This document shows, piece after piece, positions 46,567 through 55,651 of a stretch of DNA of 64,000 bases (positions are counted from its first letter, which is position 1; each line of letters starts with the position of its first letter). The notes under the pieces were generated by a model. That model made no database searches. It saw nothing but the letters and a program-made list of their open reading frames with translations, and had not been told where the DNA came from. Position numbers and translations under genes: made by a program. The stretch is from Spirochaetia bacterium. Lineage in GTDB: Bacteria > Spirochaetota > Spirochaetia > SZUA-6 > Bin103. Location of the stretch: positions 160,001 through 224,000 of the forward strand of contig CBDBDQ010000005.1 in NCBI GenBank assembly GCA_965203905.1, written 5' to 3'.

Positions 46567-48144
46567 ATGAGCGAGCGACGCGACGCCGCCGGCGGGCACC
46601 TGCTGGAGGCGCGCGACATCGTGAAGCGGTTCGGCGACTTCACCGCCAACGATCGAGTGACCCTGCGCCTGCGCTCGGGCCAGATCCACGCCCTGCTGGG
46701 CGAGAACGGTGCCGGCAAGTCGACCCTGGTCAAGATCATGTACGGCGCGCTGCAACCCACGGCGGGCAGTCTGCACTGGCGTGGGCAACCCGTTTCCATC
46801 CCCAATCCGGCGGCCGCCCGGCGGCTCGGCATCGCCATGGTGTTCCAGCACTTCTCGCTGTTCGAGGCACTCACCGTGGTCGAGAACATCGCCCTTGCCA
46901 TGCGCGGCGCGTTCGACCCGGCGGCCCTGGGCCGGCGCATCGCACGGGTCTCGCGTGAGTACGGGCTGCCGCTGAAGCCCAGTGCGCTGGTAGCCGACCT
47001 CTCGGTCGGCGAGCGGCAGCGGATCGAGATCGTGCGCTGCCTGTTGCAGGAGCCGGAGCTCCTGATCATGGACGAGCCGACCGCGGTGCTCACGCCGCAG
47101 GAGGCGGACCAGCTCTTCGTCACCCTGCGCCGCCTGGCGCGCGACGGCTGCGCGGTGCTGTACATCTCGCACCGGCTGGAGGAAGTGAAGCGGCTGTGCC
47201 ACGAGGCCACGATCCTGCGCCTCGGCAAGGTGGTGGCCGAGGTCGACCCCGAGGTGGAGACCGCCGCCTCGCTGGCGCGCCTCATGGTGGGGGCGGACGT
47301 GCACGAGGTGGAGGCCGCGGGTCACACCACGGACGGCACGCCGATGCTGAGCGTCAGCAACCTGTCGCTGCCGGCCGGCGGACCGTTCGGGGTGGCGCTG
47401 CGCAATGTCGCCCTGGAGGTGCGTGCGGGTGAGGTGGTGGCAATCGCCGGGGTGGCCGGCAACGGCCAGTCCGAGCTGTTCGAGGCGCTGTCCGGGGAGC
47501 GCATCGCTCCGGCGGCCGAGTCCATCACGATCGGCGGCCACCACTGCGGCACGCGCGACGTGACCGCGCGCCGCCAGCTCGGCGCCGCCTTCGTACCCGA
47601 GGAACGACTCGGCCACAGCGCCGTGCCCGGGTTCATGCTGGCCGACAACGTGCTCCTGACCCGCCACGCCTCCGACCCCGGCATGGTGCGCGCCGGTTTC
47701 ATCGACCGTGCCAGGACGCGCAGCGCGGCGGCGCGCGTCACCGAGCGGTTCGACGTGCGGGTCAGCCAGGAGAATGCGCGGGCCGGGTCGCTGTCCGGCG
47801 GCAACCTGCAGAAGTTCGTGGTGGGACGGGAGCTGGACCGCAACCCGCAGGTGCTGGTGATCAACCAGCCGACCTGGGGAGTTGACGCCGGCGCCGCGGC
47901 CCTGATCCGCCAGGTGCTGTCCGACATGGCTCAGGCCGGTGCCGCGGTCCTGGTGATCAGCCAGGACCTCGACGAGATCTTCGAGATCGCCGACCGCATC
48001 GCGGTGATCTCGCGCGGCGAGCTGTCGGAGTCCTATCCCGCGGGTACGATCGACCGCGAACGGATCGGCCTGCTGATGGCCGGCGCCCACGAGAGCGCAG
48101 CCGGCGCGCAGGAGAGCGCCACCGGCGCTCAGGTCACGGCGTGA
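46567..48144 (+). CDS. Nucleoside/purine ABC transporter ATP-binding protein (two NBDs)
   Basis: LLGENGAGKST, LSVGERQRIEI, DEPTAVLTPQE, GVAGNGQ, LSGGNLQK, QPTWGVD. Confidence 0.92.
   Translation: MSERRDAAGGHLLEARDIVKRFGDFTANDRVTLRLRSGQIHALLGENGAGKSTLVKIMYGALQPTAGSLHWRGQPVSIPNPAAARRLGIAMVFQHFSLFEALTVVENIALAMRGAFDPAALGRRIARVSREYGLPLKPSALVADLSVGERQRIEIVRCLLQEPELLIMDEPTAVLTPQEADQLFVTLRRLARDGCAVLYISHRLEEVKRLCHEATILRLGKVVAEVDPEVETAASLARLMVGADVHEVEAAGHTTDGTPMLSVSNLSLPAGGPFGVALRNVALEVRAGEVVAIAGVAGNGQSELFEALSGERIAPAAESITIGGHHCGTRDVTARRQLGAAFVPEERLGHSAVPGFMLADNVLLTRHASDPGMVRAGFIDRARTRSAAARVTERFDVRVSQENARAGSLSGGNLQKFVVGRELDRNPQVLVINQPTWGVDAGAAALIRQVLSDMAQAGAAVLVISQDLDEIFEIADRIAVISRGELSESYPAGTIDRERIGLLMAGAHESAAGAQESATGAQVTA
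48079..48132 (+). repeat. Imperfect 21-bp tandem repeat (about 2.5 copies) in the ATPase C-terminal tail
   Basis: gccggcgcccacgagagcgca / gccggcgcgcaggagagcgcc / accggcgctcag, encoding AGAHESA-AGAQESA-TGAQ. Confidence 0.65.
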
Positions 48145-49199
48145 AGCTGCTGTTCGAGCAGCGCCCGCAGCCGAGCCGGGTGATGACGGTGGTCTCTCCC
48201 GTCCTGGCCATCGTGCTCATGGTGATCGTCGGCGCCATCCTGTTTGCGGCGCGCGGCGTCGACCCCTGGCGCGGGCTCTACGTCTACTTCATCGAGCCGG
48301 TGGCCTCCCTGTGGTCGATCGAGGAGCTGGTGGTCAAGGCCACGCCGCTGGTGCTGATCGGCGTCGGCCTGGCGGTGTGCTTCCGCGCCAACGTGTGGAA
48401 CATCGGCGCCGAGGGCCAGCTCACCCTGGGCGCCGTCGCCGGCGCCGCCATCCCGATCCTGGCCAACCAGTGGCAGTCGCCACTGGTGCTGCCGCTGATG
48501 ATGCTGCTCGGCATGGCGGGCGGGATCGCCTGGGCGGCGATCCCGGCGCTGCTGCGCAACCGCTTCGGCGCCAACGAGATTCTCACCAGCCTGATGCTGG
48601 TGTACGTGGCCCAGCTCCTGCTCGACTGGCTGGTGCGCGGGCCGTGGCGCGACCCGGAAGGCTACAACTTCCCCGAGTCGGTAGCGATGGAGGGGTTTCA
48701 GCTGCTGCCGACGCTCGGCTACAGCCGGGTGCACCTGGGCGGCGCCTTCGCGGTGCTCGCGGTGCTGGTGCTGTTCCTGTTCATGGCGCGGACGCTGAAG
48801 GGCTTCGAGATCGAGGTGAGCGGCGCGGCCCCACGCGCCAGCGGCTTCGGCGGTTTCTCGCGACCGCGCACCGTGTGGTTCTGCCTGGCGCTCTCGGGCG
48901 CCCTGGCCGGGCTCGCGGGCATCGGCGAGATTGCCGGCCCGGTGGGGCAGCTGCAGCCGGTGATCTCGCCCGGCTACGGCTTCACCGCCATCATCGTGGC
49001 GTTCCTGGGCCGACTCAACCCGCTGGGCGTGCTGTTCGCCGGGATCATCCTGGCGATCAGCTACCTCGGCGGCGAAGGGGCGCAGATCGAGCTGGGCCTG
49101 TCCGACAAGACCGCACAGGTGTTCCAGGGCACCCTGCTGTTCTTCATCCTGGCCAGCGACACCCTGATCCGCTACCGGGTGCGGGTGGTACAGAAATGA
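48141..49199 (+). CDS. Nucleoside/purine ABC transporter permease 1
   Basis: KATPLVLIG, WNIGAEGQ, NEILTSLML, GYGFTAIIVAFLGRLNP. Confidence 0.92.
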   Translation: MKLLFEQRPQPSRVMTVVSPVLAIVLMVIVGAILFAARGVDPWRGLYVYFIEPVASLWSIEELVVKATPLVLIGVGLAVCFRANVWNIGAEGQLTLGAVAGAAIPILANQWQSPLVLPLMMLLGMAGGIAWAAIPALLRNRFGANEILTSLMLVYVAQLLLDWLVRGPWRDPEGYNFPESVAMEGFQLLPTLGYSRVHLGGAFAVLAVLVLFLFMARTLKGFEIEVSGAAPRASGFGGFSRPRTVWFCLALSGALAGLAGIGEIAGPVGQLQPVISPGYGFTAIIVAFLGRLNPLGVLFAGIILAISYLGGEGAQIELGLSDKTAQVFQGTLLFFILASDTLIRYRVRVVQK

Positions 49200-49263
49200 T
49201 ACCTTACAGCCTCGTACACGGGCCCACAGTCGCCCGGGCCTTGCGTTCAAGGAGATCCGATCA

Positions 49264-50307
49264 ATGCTGAGGAGCTTGAGAATCTCGAACTATCGCGCCT
49301 TTCGTGAACTCAGATTGGACGAATTGAGCCGCATCAATCTTATCAGCGGCCGCAACAACTCCGGCAAGACGACAGTGCTCGAAGCTCTGCTGCTGCTGTC
49401 CGCGGGACATCCGGAAATCACCTTGCATACTTCCATCATCCGCGGGATGACGTCGGAGCGTCTACCGCCTTCCGCGATTCCGCTGATCTATTGGAGACAG
49501 ATGTTTACCTCGCTTGATTTCGGGACACCCATAGAGATCAGCGGCGAACACCAATCGTGCGGATCCTTAGGCATGACGGTCGAGATGGAGCATGAGGACA
49601 TCGTGAAGACGTCACTCACTAACTCCAACGAAGTGTTGTTAGGAGAGGACCTGCAAGATCCTAAGCTCCTGGCCACCATCCGACGCGGTGATGATCGCTG
49701 GCAACGACGCATCCAGGTAACGGACAAGGAGATTCGCATGGAGCGCCGAAAACAGCCCGTCCTGTTCTCGGCTTACATCGTTCCTGCAGGAATCGGAGAC
49801 CTGAAATCGGACGCCGAGTGTCTTGGCGCCTTGAAGAAACAGAAGCAGGGTCATCGAGTTGTAAGAGCGCTGCAGCTCGTCGATCCCTCCCTGTCCAGTC
49901 TCGAAGTCATTTCGCAAACAGGTTCGCCCATGATCTGGGCAGACACCGGCTTGTCCGAGCTGGTTCCACTGCCAACCGTGGGCGAGGGCATGGTACGCGT
50001 AGCAAGGTTGGCGATGTGCATGGTGCTCGCCCGAGGCGGAGTACTGCTCGTGGACGAGATAGAAAACGGTATCCATCACTCCATCGCCGGCGACATGTGG
50101 CGCTTCATCCTGAGCGGCGCGCGGGAGCTGGATGTTCAGGTGTTTGCGACAACGCACAGCTACGAATGCGTAGCAGCGGCACAGTCGCTCAACAGCGATG
50201 AACTGATGTTGCATCGGATCGAAGCTACGGAGAGCAGCCATCGCTGCGTCACCTACCGTCCGCAACACATAGAAGCGGCTTTACGCCACAACATGGAGGT
50301 ACGTTGA
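49264..50307 (+). CDS. ABC-superfamily ATPase (AAA_21/AAA_15 type)
   Basis: ISNYRAF, Walker A GRNNSGKT, signature GEGM, Walker B LLVDEIENGIH, ATTHS; lower GC than flanks. Confidence 0.88.
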   Translation: MLRSLRISNYRAFRELRLDELSRINLISGRNNSGKTTVLEALLLLSAGHPEITLHTSIIRGMTSERLPPSAIPLIYWRQMFTSLDFGTPIEISGEHQSCGSLGMTVEMEHEDIVKTSLTNSNEVLLGEDLQDPKLLATIRRGDDRWQRRIQVTDKEIRMERRKQPVLFSAYIVPAGIGDLKSDAECLGALKKQKQGHRVVRALQLVDPSLSSLEVISQTGSPMIWADTGLSELVPLPTVGEGMVRVARLAMCMVLARGGVLLVDEIENGIHHSIAGDMWRFILSGARELDVQVFATTHSYECVAAAQSLNSDELMLHRIEATESSHRCVTYRPQHIEAALRHNMEVR

Positions 50308-50311
50308 GGCG

Positions 50312-50986
50312 ATGAAATCGCCTGCGTCCGCTGCTCAGCTTCTCGTCGAGGGAACGGATCCCTACCACGTGTTTCGCGAGTTCTGCAAATCATGGAGTTT
50401 GTCTGACATCGAAGTATGCAACTTCGGTGGAATCACGCAACTACGACCATACCTCGATGGAATGGTAAGAGCACCGGGATTTCCAAATGTCGAGAGGATT
50501 GGGATCATTCGCGACGCTGAAGAGTCCGCAAGGTCGGCATTCCAGAGCGTCCATGATCCGTTACAGAACGCCGGTCTTGACGCTCCCGACAGTACCGATG
50601 AGGTAAGCTCCGGTTATCCGGCCGTTTCGGTGTTGATACTTCCGGATGAAAACAGCCCGGGTAATCTGGAGTCCTTAATCTGGAGGAGTATCAATTCGAG
50701 TCCGGAAGTGCCGTGCATCCAGGAGTTCCTTGGATGTCTGGAAGAGATCGAAGGAGTCACTATCACTCGGCCCGACAAAGCACGTGTCCACGCGTACTTG
50801 GCTGCGAAGCCGCGTCCGAACGCGTCTGTTGGCGTTGCTGCCCGGAAGGGATACTGGAATCCGCAGCATCCCGTATTCTCCAGACTTCGGCGCTTTCTCA
50901 CTATCCTGAATGGCTCGGCAAGTAGATCGAGTGCACCGGGCGCCAAGCCCCGCAACGACACGGACACCTCCGGAGTGGCTCGATGA
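50312..50986 (+). CDS. DUF3226-like TOPRIM-fold protein
   Basis: LLVEG, FGG, IGIIRDAE, ILPDENSPGNLESL, DKARVHAYLA, KGYWN; 4 nt after the ATPase stop. Confidence 0.75.
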   Translation: MKSPASAAQLLVEGTDPYHVFREFCKSWSLSDIEVCNFGGITQLRPYLDGMVRAPGFPNVERIGIIRDAEESARSAFQSVHDPLQNAGLDAPDSTDEVSSGYPAVSVLILPDENSPGNLESLIWRSINSSPEVPCIQEFLGCLEEIEGVTITRPDKARVHAYLAAKPRPNASVGVAARKGYWNPQHPVFSRLRRFLTILNGSASRSSAPGAKPRNDTDTSGVAR

Positions 50987-51903
50987 CCGCCCTGGAAGCG
51001 GTGGTGCTGACCATCATCACCGCCTCGACGCCGTTGCTGCTGGCGGCCATCGGCGAGCTGGTGGTGGAGCGCTCGGGGGTGCTCAACCTGGGCGTTGAGG
51101 GGATGATGATCATCGGCGCGGTGAGTGGTTTCGCCGCCGCCTACTCTTCCGGGTCGGCGGTGGTGGGCGTGGCGGCAGCGATCGCCATGGGGGCGGGGGT
51201 AGCGCTGCTGTTCGCCTACTTCACTCAAACGCTGGTGACCAACCAGGTCGCCACCGGGCTCGCACTGACCCTGTTCGGGCTGGGACTCTCTGGACTGATC
51301 GGCGAGAGTTTCACCGGCCTGCCCGGCGTAAAGCTGCAGCGCATTCACATTCTCGGGCTGACCGATATCCCCCTGCTCGGTCCGGTGCTGTTCGGCCAGG
51401 ACGCGCTGGTCTACGCCTCGGTGGCGATCACGGTGCTGGTGGCCTGGGTCCTGGCGCGCACCCGGGTCGGACTGGTGATCCGTGCCACCGGCGGCAACCA
51501 CCATTCCGCGCACGCCCTCGGCTACCGCGTGATCGCGGTGCGCTATGCCTGCATCGCCTTCGGCGGCGCCTGCGCCGGGCTGGCCGGGGGTTACCTCTCC
51601 CTGGTCTACACGCCGCAGTGGATCGAGAACATGACCGCCGGGCGCGGCTGGATCGCGCTGGCGCTGGTAGTGTTCTCCACCTGGGCGCCGCGCCGGGTCG
51701 CGATCGGCGCCTATCTGTTCGGCACGGTGTGGATCATGGGCCTGTACGCGCAGGGGGTGGGCATCGGGATCCCGCCGCAACTGCTCTCGTCGTTGCCCTA
51801 CCTGGCCACGATTGCGGCGCTGGTGCTGATCTCCGGCAATCGTCTGCTGACGCGCAAGAACACCCCGGCCTGCCTTGGCCTGCCCTTCGTACCGGACCGT
51901 TAG
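50983..51903 (+). CDS. Nucleoside/purine ABC transporter permease 2
   Basis: TPLLLAAIGELVVERSGVLNLGVEGMM, NQVATGLAL, AGRGWIALALVVF, LPYLAT. Confidence 0.93.
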   Translation: MTALEAVVLTIITASTPLLLAAIGELVVERSGVLNLGVEGMMIIGAVSGFAAAYSSGSAVVGVAAAIAMGAGVALLFAYFTQTLVTNQVATGLALTLFGLGLSGLIGESFTGLPGVKLQRIHILGLTDIPLLGPVLFGQDALVYASVAITVLVAWVLARTRVGLVIRATGGNHHSAHALGYRVIAVRYACIAFGGACAGLAGGYLSLVYTPQWIENMTAGRGWIALALVVFSTWAPRRVAIGAYLFGTVWIMGLYAQGVGIGIPPQLLSSLPYLATIAALVLISGNRLLTRKNTPACLGLPFVPDR

Positions 51904-52071
51904 GCGCGGGCACTGCCGGCGCAGCGCCTTGACGAAGGCGGGCGCGCGTGGTTGCATTTGGGCGGCCGTTGGACAGGCCCGCCGAGGTGCTCAGAGTTCG
52001 GCGTTATTCATTACCTCACCACATCGGGAAGCAACAACCCCGTCATGGGGGCTACCCAAAGGAGCACTCCT

Positions 52072-53136
52072 ATGAGAAGAGCATTCGCAATGATCGTCAG
52101 CCTTGCGCTGTTGTCGCTGGCTACCCTTGCCTTTGGCGACGAGTTGAAGGTCGGCTTCGTGTACGTCGGCCCGATCGGCGACCACGGCTGGACCTACCAG
52201 CACCACCAGGGGCTGCTGGCGGTGGAGGAGGAGTTCGGCGACCAGGTCGAGACGATCTACGTCGAGAACGTCGCCGAGGGACCCGACGCCGAGCGCGCCA
52301 TCACCCGCCTCGCGCGCCAGGGCGCCGGCCTGATCTTCACCACCTCGTTCGGCTTCATGGATCCGACCGTCAAGGTGGCCGCGCGCTTTCCGGACGTGAA
52401 ATTCGAGCACGCGACCGGCTACAAGCGCGCCGACAACGTTTCGACCTACTCGGCCCGTTTCTACGAGGGCCGCTACATCATCGGCCAGATCGCGGCGCAG
52501 ATGTCGGAAAGCGGCGTGGCCGGCTACATCGCGTCGTTCCCGATTCCCGAGGTGGTGCGCGGCATCAACTCGTTCCTGCTCGGCGCACAGACCATCGACC
52601 CCGACTTCAAGCTCAAGGTGATCTGGGTCAACACCTGGTTCGATCCGGGCAAGGAGGCGGACGCAGCCAAGGTGCTGATCGGCCAGGGCGCCGACATCAT
52701 CAGCCAGCACACCGACTCCACCGCGCCGCTGCAGATCGCGGAGGAAAAGGGAGTGGTCGGCTTCGGCCAGGCCTCCGACATGCACGAGTTCGCCCCCAAC
52801 GCGCAGCTCACCGCCATCATCGACGAGTGGGCCCCCTACTACGTCGCCCGCACGCGTGCGGTGCTGGATGGCACCTGGGAGTCCATCGATACGTGGGACG
52901 GCATCGCGCCGGGCATGGTCCGCATGTCTGAGTACCAGAACATGCCGGAAGAGGTGGCCGCCCTGGCGCGCGAGACCGAAGCGGCGATCGCCTCGGGCGA
53001 GTTGCACCCATTCAAGGGGCCGATCTACAACCAGGAAGGCGAAATGGTGATCGGCGCGGGCGAGGTGCTCGACGACGGCACGCTGCTGGGCATGAACTGG
53101 TACGTGCAGGGCGTCGACGACAAGCTGCCCGAATAA
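52072..53136 (+). CDS. BMP family purine/nucleoside ABC substrate-binding protein
   Basis: KVGFVYVGPIGDHGWTYQH, TTSFGFM, FEHATGY, PIPEVVRGIN, QHTDS, GMNWYVQGV; AAGGAG RBS. Confidence 0.93.
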   Translation: MRRAFAMIVSLALLSLATLAFGDELKVGFVYVGPIGDHGWTYQHHQGLLAVEEEFGDQVETIYVENVAEGPDAERAITRLARQGAGLIFTTSFGFMDPTVKVAARFPDVKFEHATGYKRADNVSTYSARFYEGRYIIGQIAAQMSESGVAGYIASFPIPEVVRGINSFLLGAQTIDPDFKLKVIWVNTWFDPGKEADAAKVLIGQGADIISQHTDSTAPLQIAEEKGVVGFGQASDMHEFAPNAQLTAIIDEWAPYYVARTRAVLDGTWESIDTWDGIAPGMVRMSEYQNMPEEVAALARETEAAIASGELHPFKGPIYNQEGEMVIGAGEVLDDGTLLGMNWYVQGVDDKLPE

Positions 53137-53225
53137 CGCGCGCATACCTGCTACCTGCGTTTCGACCGGGCGGCGATCGTGATACGGTCGTCCATCCGGC
53201 CCTGCCTGCCGAATCCGTAACCAGC

Positions 53226-53256
53226 GACCCGCGGGGTGAGCCGCACCCCGCGGGTC
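53226..53256. terminator. Perfect 13-bp GC-rich hairpin downstream of the BMP gene (stabiliser or terminator-like; no U tract)
   Basis: GACCCGCGGGGTG-agccg-CACCCCGCGGGTC. Confidence 0.55.
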
Positions 53257-53339
53257 CAGCCGCTGCATGCCTGAGCTCGCGTCCGCGTCATCCGAAGTAA
53301 GTTTGTGGGCATTCTGATAGTCAAACGGGAAACCAGAGA

Positions 53340-53876
53340 ATGCAGGCCACCCCCTTGTCCATGAATGCCGTGAATGCCCTGGACGCCGCGGCGTTCACCG
53401 CGCGGTTCGGCGATGTCGCGGAACACTCGCCCTGGGTTGCCGAGGCTGCTGCCCGAGCGCGGCCGTTCGCCCATCGCGAAGCGCTGATCGGCGCCTTCGT
53501 CGGCGCGGTACGGGCCGCACCTCCCGAGACACAGCTCGCGTTGCTGCGCGCACACCCCGACCTGGCGGATCGGGCAGCGGTGGCGGCCGACGCCGCGGGG
53601 AGCGGAGTCGCGGCGGAGTCGCGGCGCGAGCAGGCCGGTGCCGGGCTCGACCGCCTCACTGCCGCGGAGTTCGCCCGCTTCGGCGAACTGAACGCCCGTT
53701 ACCGCCGGCGGTTCGGCTTCCCGTTCATCTTCGCGGTGAAGGGCGCCACCAAGGACGCGATCCTGGCGGCGTTCGCGGAGCGGATCGATCACTCGGCCGC
53801 CACCGAGCGGGCCCTGGCCCTGGCCAACGTCGAGCGCATCCTGCGCTTTCGGCTCGAAGATCGGGTCGCGCCGTGA
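53340..53876 (+). CDS. uraD: OHCU decarboxylase
   Basis: FGDVAEHSPWVAE, LLRAHPDLA, SRREQAGAGL, LNARYRRRFGFPFIFAV. Confidence 0.93.
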   Translation: MQATPLSMNAVNALDAAAFTARFGDVAEHSPWVAEAAARARPFAHREALIGAFVGAVRAAPPETQLALLRAHPDLADRAAVAADAAGSGVAAESRREQAGAGLDRLTAAEFARFGELNARYRRRFGFPFIFAVKGATKDAILAAFAERIDHSAATERALALANVERILRFRLEDRVAP

Positions 53877-55201
53877 ACCCGGCGACCGCCGGACGGGTGG
53901 TGCGCGGCGCGGTGCTGACCTACCGCGACGACCCCGCCCGCGCTGCCCTGCGCCAGGCCGTGCAGTTCCACCGCCGCGGCGCCGTAGCGATTGACTGCAC
54001 CGGCCGCATCGCCTGGCGCGGCCCCGCTTCGCGCCTGCCGCAGCGGTTCCGCTCGCTGCCGGTGGACGACCACGGTTCGGCGCTGGTGCTGCCGGGGCTG
54101 ATCGACGCGCACATCCACTTTCCGCAGTACCGCATGCTCGGGACTCCCGGCCGTGACCTGCTCGACTGGCTGCGGCGGTTCACCTTCCCGGAGGAGAGCC
54201 GTTACGCGGCACGCGCGCACGCCAGCGCCGCGGCGGAGGTGTTCCTCGACCGCCTGGCCCGGCACGGAACCACCGCCGCCGTGGTCTTCTCCACGGTCCA
54301 TCGCGGCGCCACCGAGGCGCTGCTGGCGGCGGCCGAGCGGCGCGGCCTGGCCCTGGTCACCGGCAAGACGATGATGGATCGCAATGCGCCCCCGGCATTG
54401 CGCGACGACCCGGCCGCGGGCGTGGCCGACAGCGAAGCGCTGATCGAACGCTGGCACCGCCGCGGGCGCCTGCGCTACGCCATCAGCGTGCGCTTCGCGG
54501 TCACCTCCAGCGAGGAACAGCTTCGCGCCGCAGGAGAGTTCGCCGCACGGCATCGCGACTGCCACGTGCACAGCCATCTGTCCGAGAGCCGGGCGGAGAT
54601 CGACGTCGTGCGGCGCGACTTTCCCTGGGCGCTCGACTACACCGACGTCTACGACCGCTACGGCCTGCTCGGTCCGAGCAGCCTGTTCGCGCACGCCATT
54701 TACCTCTCGGAGCGGGAGTGTGGACGCCTGGCGGAAGCGGGCGCCACCGTCGTGCACTGCCCGACCTCCAACACCTTCCTCGGCTCCGGCCTGTTCGACG
54801 CCGCCCGCCTCCGCAACCCGGAGCGCCCGGTGGGAATCGGCCTCGGCACCGACGTGGGCGGCGGCACCAGCTACTCGATGCTGCACACCATGGGGGAGGC
54901 CTACAAGGTGGCGATGCTGCGCGGGCAGACGTTGAGCGCGCACGACCTGTTCCACCTCGCCACCCGCGGCAATGCCGTGCGGCTCGGGCTCGACGCGGAG
55001 ATCGGCACCCTCGAACCGGGGCGCTGGGCGGATCTGGTAGTGCTCGATCCAACCGCGACTCCGGTGCTGAAGGACCGCGACGCGCTATCGAACCAGCTCG
55101 AGGACACCCTGTTCGCCCTGGCGATCCTGGGCGACGACCGGGCCGTGCGCGCCACCTACGTCGCAGGACGGCAGGCATGGAGCGACGGGATGGGCCAATA
55201 G
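53873..55201 (+). CDS. guaD: Guanine deaminase
   Basis: PGLIDAHIHFPQ, LLDWLRRFTFPEE, HSHLSE, HCPTSNTFLGSG, GTDVGGGTS, LGDDRAV. Confidence 0.95.
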   Translation: MNPATAGRVVRGAVLTYRDDPARAALRQAVQFHRRGAVAIDCTGRIAWRGPASRLPQRFRSLPVDDHGSALVLPGLIDAHIHFPQYRMLGTPGRDLLDWLRRFTFPEESRYAARAHASAAAEVFLDRLARHGTTAAVVFSTVHRGATEALLAAAERRGLALVTGKTMMDRNAPPALRDDPAAGVADSEALIERWHRRGRLRYAISVRFAVTSSEEQLRAAGEFAARHRDCHVHSHLSESRAEIDVVRRDFPWALDYTDVYDRYGLLGPSSLFAHAIYLSERECGRLAEAGATVVHCPTSNTFLGSGLFDAARLRNPERPVGIGLGTDVGGGTSYSMLHTMGEAYKVAMLRGQTLSAHDLFHLATRGNAVRLGLDAEIGTLEPGRWADLVVLDPTATPVLKDRDALSNQLEDTLFALAILGDDRAVRATYVAGRQAWSDGMGQ

Positions 55202-55301
55202 CGACGCCGAAGGACGAACCTGAGCAGTCTGCGGAGTTGGTTCGCGCATCCTTGCTACCCGCCCGGCCCGCATGTAAAGGTCAGAACCCAGGAGAGAGCG
55301 C

Positions 55302-55619
55302 ATGTACGTGATCGTGGCCCCGATTCAGATCAAGGAAGGACACCGGGAGGCGTTCCTCGAAGCGATGCTGGGCGACGCCAAGGGCTCGGTGCGGGATGAA
55401 CCGGGCTGTCTCCGGTTCGACGTGATTCAGGATGGCGCCGACCCGAATCGGATCTGGCTCTACGAAGTGTACGTGGACGAGGCGGCGTTTCAGGCGCACA
55501 CGCGGACGCCTCACTTCATCAAGTGGCGCGATATGGTCAAGGACTGGTTCGCGGACGGCCCCAAGGGCGCCGGAGCGGGGAGTTCCAACATCTGGCCGCC
55601 TGACGACGCCTGGAAGTAG
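55302..55619 (+). CDS. Antibiotic biosynthesis monooxygenase / LsrG-like protein
   Basis: SVRDEPGCLRFDVIQD...LYEVYVDEAAFQAHTRTPHF. Confidence 0.85.
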   Translation: MYVIVAPIQIKEGHREAFLEAMLGDAKGSVRDEPGCLRFDVIQDGADPNRIWLYEVYVDEAAFQAHTRTPHFIKWRDMVKDWFADGPKGAGAGSSNIWPPDDAWK

Positions 55620-55651
55620 GCCGGCTCGCTCCCGGAACGGACCGCCAAGCC

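Noticed and set aside
50928-50937. CGAGTGCACC shared with 21052-21061, and GTGCAC at 26562 and 26624, as a common insertion signature
   Set aside because: GTGCAC(C) is frequent in coding DNA across the window and no matching copy lies at the left edge of the ATPase insert; cannot be separated from chance
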